64,000 bases of DNA. It comes from Piromyces finnis finn (taxonomy: Eukaryota > Fungi > Neocallimastigomycota). Location: the NCBI GenBank assembly GCA_002104945.1, contig MCFH01000002.1, positions 1,860,001 to 1,924,000 on the forward strand, in the 5' to 3' direction. The position numbers were made by a program, and so were the translations under genes. Positions within the stretch are counted from its first letter, which is position 1. Each line of letters starts with the position of its first letter. This document shows, piece after piece, positions 41,991 to 53,395 of this stretch. The notes under the pieces are model-generated. The model was not told the DNA's origin, searched no databases, and was given only the letters and a program-made list of their open reading frames with translations.

Positions 41991-42836
41991 ATTTAAATTT
42001 CTTCAAGAAAATAATCTCGCAGGAGCTCGACTTAAAGGGCGAGATTGTAAAGATATAATATATATCTTTAGATTATTTAATAATTAATTATTAATTATTA
42101 AATAATAAATTAATATTTAGTAAAACTGATTATAAAATTTTTGAGTAAATTTTATGGAATAATTTAATAATAAATTATTTTATAATAATTCCGTTAAATT
42201 TAAATTAAGATAAATATTTAAGTTTAAGGAATAAAAGAATTTTAATTAAATTTAAATATTTCAAATATTTTAAATAATTAAAATATTTTTCAAATACTTT
42301 TTATTTAGTTTTAGAATAGATTATACTTTTTTATTTAAATTTAGAATAGTTTAATAATTTTAACTTAGTTTTAAAAATAGATTTATTTATATTTCAATAG
42401 GAAATATATTAAGAATAGTATTGATAATATTAAATTAATTTATAGAAAATACATGGGCTTTATTCAATTTTGAGTTTACTCAAATTGAATTAAAAGTATA
42501 ATGAATTAGTTTAGTTTAGTTCTGTTATTTTATTATTTAATTAAATTAGTTTTGTTTATTTTATATTAAATATATGTTTATTTAAATAGAATAATATATT
42601 AGAATATAATTATGAAAAAATATAAATACATGTAATTTTTATTTGTTAAATCGATGTAATTGTTATTTTCAATTTTTTAATTATTAACTATTATATAGTT
42701 AATAATATTTTTAAGAGTTTAAATAAAAATGTTTTTTTTTAAAATAAAAATTTAATGTTTTATTTTTTTATTTTTGTGTTAATAAAAATTGTTTTGTTTT
42801 AAGTATAAAATCTGTTTTAAATTTTATACTTTTACA

Positions 42837-45800
42837 ACAACCATGAGAGTTGTCATATCTCTGGACTTAGGAAGATCAACAATAAAATCAATAGAAATAT
42901 CAGACCAGGGCCTACTGGGAGTGTCTAAAGGGGATAACAATCCATAAGGCTTATGTCTGGGGACTTTGGATTTGCAACAAGTCACGCAAGATTTGATAAA
43001 AGATTTAACGTCTGAATGAAACCTTGGCCACCAAAAGTTTCTGGAAATCAGTTCAGTGGTTTTCTTAATACCGAAATGACCAGCAGCAACAGAATCATGA
43101 TGAAGTTCCAAAACTCTTGTCCTAAGAGATTTAGGAACATAAATAAGATTATTATATAACAAAAATCCTTCGTTATCAATAATAACTTTATCAATATTTT
43201 TAATAGGTGCATTACATGCAGAACCATTCATTTTAAATTGGACAATAGAATTATACAAATCGTCATTTTTAAGTTCTAATAAAATAGAATCGATTAACGG
43301 TTTGTTATCGCTATGATGAAACGAAATAGTAAGACAAGAAACATCAGAATTAATATTATTCTCTAAATGGTCACTTCTACGAGACAGGATATCAGGCTTA
43401 CCGGATTTCTTTCCAGCTCTATAAATGAGTTTAAAATCAAATCTGGATAAGAACAAATTCCATCTAATTTGTCTCTGAGATAACATTTCAGGTTTTCTAG
43501 GAAATGTTAAATTCTTGTGATCAGTATAAATTATGAACGGATGGCGTGCACCTTCTAAATAATGACGCCATTCTTCAAGAGCAACTACAATAGCTAAAAG
43601 TTCCTTGTCATATATAGGATAGTTTCTTTGACAACTCGTCAAACTTTTAGAAAGAAATGCAATAGGATGTAATTTGCCATCAAATTCTTGAGAGAGAATA
43701 GCACCGACGGCATAATTACTAGCATCAGTTTCTACAATAAATCGTTTATTACTATCCGCATGTTTCAGAATAGGAGCTGTCGTGAACAGAGATTTTAATA
43801 AAATAAAAGCGTCCTGATCTTCTTTCACCCAGTTAAAAGCAACATTCTTTCTAGTGAGTTTGTGAAGAGGGTTTGCAATTTTAGCAAAGTCTTTAATAAA
43901 AATTCTGTAATAGTTGCATAAACCAATAAAAGACTGAACCTCTTTAACATTCTTGGGAACCGGCCAATCGAGAATTGCTTTAACTTTATTTTCATCCATT
44001 TGCAATCCATCCTTTGAAATGACATAACCAAGAAAAGTGGTTTTCTCAACATCAAACTCACATTTTTCTAATTTAACATAAAGATTATTTTCAAGTAGTT
44101 TCTTAAGTACCTTTTTAACATGCTCATGATGTTCTTCGATATTATTAGAATAAATAAGAATATCATCAATATATGAGATAACAAAATCGTCTAAATAATC
44201 ACTAAGGACATCGTTAATGAAGTGTTGAAAAGTTGCAGGTGCATTTTTTAATCCAAAAGGCATAACCAGATATTCAAAATGTCCATATCTAGTACGAAAA
44301 GCCGTTTTGTATTCGTCACCTTCTTTAATACGAACAAGATTATAAGCGGATTTAAGGTCTAATTTAGTAAAAATCTTAGCATTTTTCACCCTATCCAAAA
44401 GGTCACTAATTAAAGGTAAAGGATATGAATTACGAATGGTAATATCATTCAACTTTCTATAATCGATACAAAGTCTTAGGGAGCCATCCTTCTTTTTAAC
44501 AAATAAAATTGGGGCACCAGCAGGAGACGATGATTTCCTAATAAAACCTTTATTTAAATTATCATCAATATATTTTTTAAGTTCCTCTCTTTCAACTTCA
44601 GTTAATGGATACAAAGGTCCATAAAATAAAGTCGAATCATCTTTAAGTTTGATTTCACAATCATAAGGTCTATGAGGAGGTAACACTTCACAATTTTTTT
44701 CATTAAACACTTCACTAAATTCTAAATATTGGGTTGGTACGGCGACCAATTTATCTTTATTAATATCTTTTCCATTATTATTATTATTACTACATGATTC
44801 GTTATCATTATTACATGTTTCATTAATTTTTGTTACAATACATTTAACTTTTTTATTAAAACTAATATATTCATCATCGCTATCATCTTCATCATTGATG
44901 GTTCTAACAAGGCGGCCTTTAACATATTCTTTTTCTTCATTGTTTGGGACAGAGGGATCTACTTTCGGCTTTTTGGTCAAGCTTCGGTCGAGAACATCAT
45001 GATCTAACTGATCATTCTTTGACTTCTTTCTTGGTTTTCTCTTTCTTTTGCCTTTATTACAATGTCTGGCACAATAACCAGAACTAAAAGCGATTTTCTT
45101 AGAGTCGTAGAAAGCATTTGGATTATGCTTCTTTATCCACGGCAAACCAAGAATAACATCAACACCGGGGACTTGTAATCCATAAAGTTGAATTACTTCG
45201 AAGTGATTTTTGCAACGGAACATGCACTTCTCAGTCCTTTCCCAAACACTAACAACTCCATCACTAACACCAGATACACGGAATGGTTCTACTTTTTCCA
45301 AATTAATACCAAGGTCTTCAGCAAGACTTGGATTAATGAAATTTAATTCAGAACCGGAATCAATTAAAACCTTAATTTTAACTTCCGAAACTTCATTGGT
45401 ACTCAAGTAAAAATCCACAAGGTTTAAATCACTTTTCACTCCCTTGACTCCAACTTTGTAAATTTTTGGATTAACAATTTTTGGAGTCCTTTCTTTAACA
45501 ATTCTTAACACTTTTCTGGGCTTTACTCTATTAGGACAATTAAATTTTAAATGTCCCGGTTGTTTACAAAGAAAACATAACCCTTTTTTCTTTTCTTCTT
45601 CAAAGTTATCTATGTTTTCATTGTAATTTTTACTTGATCCTTGAATATTCACATACCTTTTTCGTTTATTCTCTCTACTAATTTTAAATACATCCACATC
45701 CATAGGATCATTAGCCCTTCTACCATTAAAATAAAATTCACTTAAAGAATTCCTTTTCATCATATCTTCAACTAAAATAGTTGAAGAAATCAATTGTTCA

Positions 45801-46339
45801 ATTGAAGTTGGGTTTGATTCAATGAAAGCCAACTTCTCCCTAAGTGGTGGTAATAAACCTTTCAGAAACATGTAGATTTTTGCGCTATCATTAAAGCTTG
45901 AATTTTGGCTAATACGTTGAAACTCGGTAATGTAATCTAATACCTGACCAAGTTTCCTTTGGCGAAGATTATCTAATTTTCCGTTAGCTACAACGGTATC
46001 GTATCTATAACTGCCAAAATTAGCCTTCAACCTATCTATAAATTCATCATAATGGTTTAAAACCCCACTATTATTCTTCATCAACACTGAAGCCCATTCC
46101 AAAGGTTTACCAGAAAAGTATGATATAACGAAGTCGACCTTGACTCGATCTGTATTATACAGTGTCGGTCGAGTACGAAATACCAACTCCACTCTAGTTA
46201 AAAATCCATCCAATTCTCTTTGTTTACCAGAAAATGTCGGTGGAGCATTAATAATGTTCCCCGAGTTCCCGGAAACACCCACATTCCTATCACCCATTTC
46301 TAAATTTAAATTTTCAAACTCACTAATTAAATCCTCCAA
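42837..46339 (-). CDS. gag-pol: Element B gag-pol, 5' part (Gag, zinc knuckle, PR, RT, RNase H, IN N-terminus)
   Basis: CFLCKQPGHLKFNC, LIDSGS, YIDD, VETDAS, HHDSVAAGH/CVTC. Truncated at C's insertion in the VVVD motif. Confidence 0.95.
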
Positions 46340-46539
46340 TTCAAAATATAATATATAATATAAAATTAAAATGGTTTCTTACTACTATTTCAAGTAAGTA
46401 ATCTTAAATTTTTTTTTTTTTTTTAATTACACTACTACAATTTATCCTAATACAAAAGTTATTCAAACGCGTTCTGTAAAGCAGTGTCGAACAAGTTTTG
46501 TATTACTAATTAATATTGGTTAATTCTTCTTTCTTCTTG

Positions 46540-46772
46540 CACTCGGTGGTAGTTTCTAATTCTAACCAGTAGTCAAAATTTCTTCTTTCTTCTTATTCGG
46601 CGGTAGTTTCCAATTCTAACCAGTAGTCAAAATTTCTTCTTTCTTCTTATTCGGCGGTAGTTTCCAATTCTAACCAGTAGTCAAAATTTCTTCTTTCTTC
46701 TTATTCGGCGGTAGTTTCCAATTCTAACCAGTAGTTAAAGTTCTTTCTTGCTTTTTGTACCCGGCGGTAGAT
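46540..46772 (-). repeat. 54-bp tandem repeat (~4 copies) in B's 5' leader
   Basis: Unit ttcggcggtagtttccaattctaaccagtagtcaaaatttcttctttcttctta. All three element-sense frames contain stops. Confidence 0.92.
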
Positions 46773-47745
46773 ACCCTAACGTATTCTCTATCTTCGTTGG
46801 GTAATTGTTATTGTAATGTTGAACACTGAAAGAATAGATTAGGATATCTATTCTATTACAATAACACAAAAATTCGAAAAAATAAAATAAAAAATTGTTT
46901 TATAAAATATCTTTTATTATAATAGAATTTTAATAATAACAATTACATCGATAAAATGATGAAAAATATCTTCTATTTATATTTTTCCTAAATATATTTA
47001 TATTATATTATAACTATTTATTTCTTATATATTATTATTTAAAATCTACACTAAAATCTTAATTATTAATAAATATTTAAACTATAACTATTTTTAGTAA
47101 AATACAATTGGCAATTCAAATTAAGTACTATTTAATTTGAATATGTGCCCATGTATTATTGATATATTAATCATTTATTATTTATCTATTTCTATAAAAA
47201 AACAATACTAAAACTAGGGATTTAAATTGAGAATATTAATTTACTTGTTAAACATTAAAAATAAATTAATAATTTATTTTGTTTTAAACTTTAATTATTA
47301 ATAAATAAATTATGTCTCATTTTCTTTTTCTGAATATAATTTGTGTAACTTAAACAATAATACTTGTGGCTTAAGTTACATTAAAGATATCAAACAGAGG
47401 CGTTTGATATCTTTACACAGTCCATGTATTACCTATATATTAATTAAATATTAATAATACTATTTATTATATATTTACTATTAAAAAAATGCTAATTTAA
47501 AACTACGCTAAAGTTATTGAACTAATTTTAATTAAATAAAACCTTAAGATATAATTTGAATATTTAAAATATTTAAATTTAATTATCCATTAATTTAAAT
47601 ATTTATCCAAATTTCATTTTTAATTTTGATATTTTAAAATTAATCTTTATTTAATTATTATTTAATTACTAATTAATTATTAAATAATTTAAAGATATAT
47701 TTTATATCTTTACAATCTCGCCCTTTAAGCCGAGCTCCTACGAGA

Positions 47746-49690
47746 TTATTTCTTTGAAGAAATATCAATTACAAATGGTTGATATCTATGTTTGATCATA
47801 TCATTGTTATTCCTTGTATACACTTGATCTTTTCTAGACTTTTTATTTTTTCTATAAAATTCTTGGATCAATTGTACATCTGTAATTTGATCTTCCGGGA
47901 TCTAAGCATTTTCGTCAAGATTTTTCCATGTCATCAAGAAGAATTCCTTTCCATGATAATTTCTTTCTTAAATAATTTTATCAGGAATCCTATCAATATC
48001 ATTGGTTATATTTTTTCTTTTATTTATTACTGATCTACTTACAAATTCATTTTTCGTTATTCTTTATATCCATTTGGAACTTCAGGTGTAACTTCATTAT
48101 CACTTGTAATTGCACAACATACTAAATATTTTTGATGAAGAATTTTATTTAATTTGGATGTTTTACATTTTTTATTTATACATGACTTTTTCTTTCTCTT
48201 TTCTATTACTAATACATTTTCTTTATTTCTAAGTTTACTATCTCTAATAACTAAACTATTCTTATAATTATTAATAATTTCTTCAGCTAACTCTAATTTC
48301 TTTCTTTTATCTTCTTCTTCCTTTAATTTATTTTGTTCAATTCTTTCATTTATTTCTTCGTCAGTAGCGCAACAATTCATCTTGCAAAATTCAGACTTAA
48401 ACTCTAATTTTTGATCCTTGAAGCTAATAATTGGATCATGTTTTCTTAACCATTTGTTCCCTAAAATAAGCGATACGTCCGAAGGTAGAGTAGTAATATA
48501 AAATTGAATAGACTCCTTGTGATTGCCGATAGACATGGTCAACGGGATCGTTTCATACTTCAGTAATCCATTTCCTCCCAGTCCTTCCACAAACTTGTCT
48601 TTCATCATTCTTTGGATTGGTATTCTATATTTGTTAACCGTTTTCCAATCCATGAATTCTAAGTCGGATCCTGAGTCAACTAACGCATTTAATGAGATTC
48701 CTCGGTTGACATGGAGTACAACATCGAAAACATTCAACAGGTGCTGTTTCCTGTTTTCCTTAATCATGAATGCTTTTGGGTGGTTTGCCAATTTATCCTT
48801 GAGCATTGGGCAATCCTTCTTCAAATGTCCTATTGATTTACAAATGAAACATTTCTTGGTCTTTTGTACTTTTTCCTCGTGATGAGAGTCTCGGTAATTG
48901 TTGAATTTCATCCCGTAATTCCCTTGGTAGAGTCGTTTCCCTAAATTTCGGTTATATCTTCTTCCTCTTTCTCCATCTATATTCATTGGGTCCTTTCCGT
49001 AGATTCTCCAGTCTTCTTCAATATTGGCAGCCACAGTATTGATTAGATCATACAGCTTTCTTATCTTAGGATATACTAGTTTTGTCTTCTCCTGAACAGA
49101 CGGCGGCAACCCTTCTACGAAGAAATGTATCTTGGCTTCATCATCAAAAGACGAGTCTCTAGAGGTTTTTTCGAAACAGTCACAGTAATCCATCACACTT
49201 TTGAATTGCTTGTAGTTGAGCTTCGTTAATCTTTTATTGGCTACATCAGAACTTGTACAGGTCCTATATCTTGCTTGCATGGCGGCTTTTAAGTCTTCAT
49301 AAGATTTCAATAAAGGGCTCTCTTCTTTCTCCAAGTCGGCATACCATTCGGCGGCGGGTCCAAGTAGCAGCTAAGTACATCAATCTTGTAAGCTTCGGTA
49401 GCATTCGGCCTTAGATTGTACTTGAAATATTTTTCGAGTCTAGCAAAGAAACTTGCTAACTCATCCCTCTTTCCATAAAACTTCGGTGGTCTTAGTATGA
49501 GGTTATCCCTGGCGTTAACGATTTTGCCATCCTCATGTTCTATTTCCATGGAGCTAGCCTCAGAATCGTTGTCACTGATTCCAGCTACTCCATTATCATT
49601 ACAGTTGTCAATATACCTATATTCCCCGTTCATACCGAAATATATTATTATCCACCAAGCAATAAAATCTAAACTATTCCTTATATCCAA
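47746..49690 (-). pseudogene. Element D gag-protease-chromodomain pseudogene, RT/RNase H/IN deleted
   Basis: Frameshift near 49345 (CYL...AAEWY). Zinc knuckle CFICKSIGHLKKDC, protease LVDSGS. After PNGYKE the sequence jumps to ENEF...TWKNL..*IPEDQI...IKHRYQPFVIDIS, homologous to B's tail, with two in-frame stops. Confidence 0.85.
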
Positions 49691-49931
49691 AATTTTAATT
49701 CTCTATTATCCAAATCCTACAAATTCCTTTCTATTCTATAATTCAATTTTTTTTTTATTTATTAATAACACTATACTATTCTATCTATTATATTTATTCT
49801 ATTATTATTCACAGTTTTTTTTTTTTAAATATATCCCCGAATTTAATTCTAATATTAAATTCTCACTATTAAATTTTTTTTTTTTAATTCCCACACAAAG
49901 GTAAATCCACTATCCTAAAAAGTTGGAAAAT

Positions 49932-51739
49932 TGTAAAACATTTAATTTAAATCTAACCTTTAAATTAAATTATTGGATTTAGGTTTGTGCTACTCTAATT
50001 TTAAAACAAAACAAACAAACAAGACAACAACAGAAAAACTTCTAATTTAATTCTTAGTAATCTTTTATTTAACTTTATTCCTTTAATTTATGACAACTGC
50101 CGATTACTTTACCACGAAGGTTATTTGACCAGAGCCTTCGCTAGGTAATCGGTTTTTTTTTTAAATAAAATAAAAAAATGTTTTATTATAACTTTATCAA
50201 TAATCTAATATTATTAATACTAATTAATTAATTACTAATAATTACTATTTTCCAACTATCGTTTCAATAGTTGAAAAATTCTCTTTATTTATACTTTTTA
50301 AATAAATTGAATAAATTCTAATATACATGCTTTAATATTATAATTTTACATTGTTTACATTTATACATTTATTAAAAGAAATTATTTGTATTAAACTATT
50401 TAAATTCAATTTATTTACTAAAGAATTTTCTAAACTTAAAATAAAGTTTTGATTTATTTACTATATGGTTGATTATATTTCAAACATATATTTAATTTAT
50501 TTATTTCTAATTTTGAGGCTTAGTTTATAAAAAAAATTTTTTATTATCTAAAATATTTATTGGCTAAAAGTTATTTAATTTAAAATTCTATTTTATCATC
50601 AAAACTTTATCTTATCAATAAGTTAAATTTTACATAAATTTATGTTAATGTATTGTGATGTAAATTTTAGTAAAATTTACGGTACATTAATTCAATACAT
50701 TATACATTAATCTACATACGTATTAAATACATTATTTAACTAATGCAATATTTTACACCTCCTCGAGGATTCGGATACCAGACGAATCGAAAAGAACTAA
50801 ACTAATTTATTAAATATTTAATCGAGTGAGATTTTTTTTTTTTTTTTTTTACATTATAAGATTTTAATTACATGAAAATATATTTTAAAATAACTAAACT
50901 AAAATTAAGAAAATAATAATTTTTTTTTTTTTTAAAATCTCTTTTCTCTTTTCATTTACTATAAAATAAAATAATATAAAACAATATAAATTAAAGTTTA
51001 ACATTTCAATTTCTTTCATTAAATTTCTTGAGTAATTCTTCACAATTGAGATTTTTTTCAGGTTCCCATGAAGCCTCGTTGAGAGAGTATCCTTTCCATT
51101 TTATCAAATATTGAGTTTTTCCGTAATGTTTCCTTTTATCTAGAATTTCTTCAACTTCATATTCTTCTTCGTTGTCAACAATGATGGGTGGCGGTGGAGG
51201 TTGTGATCTTTCGAATTTATCCTTGAAATATGGTTCGAGATTGGAGACGTGGACAACAGGATGTATCTTTATTGACTTCGGAAGTTTAAGTTTAAATGAA
51301 ACATCAGAGATTTTCTTTGAAGTTTTAAATGGACCGAGTTTTCTTGGTTTGAATTTTTTGTTTCCTTTGTGGATAATTAAAGAACTATTTAACCAGACCA
51401 TATCTCCAACCATGAATTTTGGTGCGTCTTTCCTGAGTTTATCAGCATACTTCTTTTGGGACTCGATAGCAGCTTTTAAGTTTTCTTTAAGAGTATTAAT
51501 CAAGGACTTAAAATCTTTTGTATATTCTTCTGCTCTTGGGACATTTGACTGATCTGGAATAACTGGTGAATGTCTTGGATGGAAACCGTAGTTTGCAAAG
51601 AATGGTGAAATTTTTGATGATTCTTGAACTGAATTATTATAACTGAATTCAGCAAGACTAAGAAAATTTTTCCAATCGGACCCTTTATAGTTTGAGAAGC
51701 ATCTTAAGTATTGTTCAATAACGGAGTTTACCCTCTCCG
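49932..51739 (-). mobile_element. Element F: 3' portion of a chromovirus (3' LTR, integrase C-terminus, chromodomain), inserted in D's leader and interrupted by G
   Basis: 826-bp LTR candidate at 49932-50757 (TGTAAAA...TTTTACA), PPT GAGGAGG adjacent. The outer boundary is inferred from the inverted termini only, since the partner LTR is outside the window. Confidence 0.8.
51006..51739 (-). CDS. pol: Element F integrase C-terminus plus chromodomain (fragment)
   Basis: [14 protein letters not shown]...LGPF...HPVVHVSNLEPY...[38 protein letters not shown]. Roughly 80% identical to G by eye. Homology breaks exactly at 51740. Confidence 0.9.
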
Positions 51740-52085
51740 TGTAAAGAAATGTGTCTTTAACAATAAAACAAATTATAATATTTACTAAATAACTTAGTAA
51801 TATTAACACTTTAAAATATTCTGTAAATTATTAATTTATAAAAATATCATTAAAAACACATAGAATTTAACTTAATAAGTTAGTGTTTAATAATATAATT
51901 ATTTATTAATAAAATCTCGATTCTTTAAAATATTTGGGAAAATTCACTCGTATTTATACTAAAAATTTTTTAAATTAATTTATAAAATTTTTTCAACTTA
52001 AAATTCTTAACCAATCAATAATCTTCATATAAAATAAAATTTAAAAATAAAATAAAATAAAATAAAATTATAATTTTTTTAAAAT

Positions 52086-52159
52086 AGTATCTATGAGGTC
52101 TCGAACTAGTGTCATTCAGACTCAAAGTCTTAGCTACTAACCACTAAGACAATTTAGTT
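52086..52159 (-). pseudogene. tRNA-Gln(TTG)-like degenerate sequence inside G's LTR
   Basis: ...TTGTCTTAGTGGTTAGTAGC TAAGA CTTTGAG TCTGA ATGAC ACTAG TTCGAGA CCTCA TAGATAC T. The D-loop AGTGGTTA, anticodon loop CTTTGA and T-loop GTTCGA sit at tRNA spacing, but the acceptor and T stems do not pair. Confidence 0.45.
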
Positions 52160-53395
52160 ATTTCTAGTATTCATTACATGGTCCTCCTCCAGGATTCGGA
52201 TACCAGACGAATCTAGAATTTTAATATTGTGAAGATATTAACTGGATTTAAAACAAATTCAGATAATATCTATAATTAATTAAACATAATAATTATAATT
52301 AAATAATTTCAATAATTATTTTAAAACACTTTTAAAAGTCACCTTTTAAATTTTGATTCAGTGAAAGGGTTATGATTTCAAAAATTTAATATCAATATAC
52401 TATAACCCTTAACCAAAAATAAGCAAGTACGAAATAAGGTGTAACTCGCCAAAAACGATCGCTACGGCTATAAGTACTACGGTGATGAAACTAGGTTTAT
52501 TGGAAAGCTTAGGAAGAAAGCTACAATTTGGTACAATCGCGGTCCTTCTAACTGATCATTTAAGGAAGTTATGATCATTTAAAGATTTTATTAGGTAAAT
52601 TAAAATCAATATGATATCAAGTATGGATCATAAATATTTCTTATGACTTGATGAAATTAAAAATATATCAATAGGAATTTTAGTTATATTAATTTAATTA
52701 ATGATAACGATTGTTACTAAAAATAGAACTAGACCCATTTAGGTGTAACAGTTAATACCTATAAATTAAATAATCTTAATTATTATAAAATAGGTTAACG
52801 GCAAGTTTTATTAGAAATAATTTTGAAAATAATAATTATTTAGTTATAACAAATATGTTATGGTAATATCAATTAATAATGATGAATTATTAATTGAATA
52901 GTTTTTATAATTACTAATTAGGATCAACTGTTTAAATGATTAATCATATGTTTATTTTATTTTATGTCATGACAAACAAACAAACAAACAAACAAACAAT
53001 CTTATTACTTATTTAATTATATTACTAATATATTATATGTAATACTTTATTCTTATTAATATCAATTTAATAATCTGAACAAAGAATATAAAAGAGAATG
53101 AATTGAATTCGATTTTAATTCTTTGTAAAGATTATAGTTATAATCTTAATTATATAGTTACTTATAATATCATTTATATTATTATTAAATAAATAAAAAA
53201 TTTATAAAAAGTTACTTTAAAGTAAATATAAATTTTTCATTTTTCATTTGGGAGTTTAAGGTGTTATTTTATAATTAAATTTAATTTCTTAAAAAACATT
53301 TTTACTATATAATTAATAACATTCTGACCTGGCCGCATAACCAAACCCAAAAACTTAACAATAATCTTTACCCGCTGTTTAGTGGCTACTTTAGA

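Larger units (their letters stand above)
36678..42836 (+). mobile_element. Element C: non-autonomous LTR element (LARD-like) nested in B's integrase
   Basis: LTRs at 36678-37469 (792 bp) and 42046-42836 (791 bp), TGTAAA...TTTACA, differing by one substitution and one T-run indel as seen by eye. 5-bp TSD ACAAC (36673-77 and 42837-41). PBS ATAACAATTAC at 37470. PPT AAAGGGCGAGA. No long sense ORF in the 4.6-kb interior. Confidence 0.95.
34941..47417 (-). mobile_element. Element B: chromovirus with a single gag-pol ORF, interrupted by C
   Basis: 606-bp LTRs at 34941-35546 and 46812-47417 (one substitution seen). 5-bp TSD CAGTC (34936-40 and 47418-22). PPT AGAGAGAGAG. Non-tRNA PBS ATAACAATTAC (46801-46811). 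Confidence 0.96.
34479..49931 (-). mobile_element. Element D: outermost host chromovirus, internally deleted; its 3' LTR is split by B and its leader is interrupted by F
   Basis: The 3' LTR halves 47418-47714 and 34479-34940 rejoin across B's CAGTC TSD into a ~754-bp LTR collinear with C's LTR (aatacatgg...agtttactcaaattgaat...cgatgtaattgttat). PPT is next to 47714. The 5' LTR is outside the window. Confidence 0.85.
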
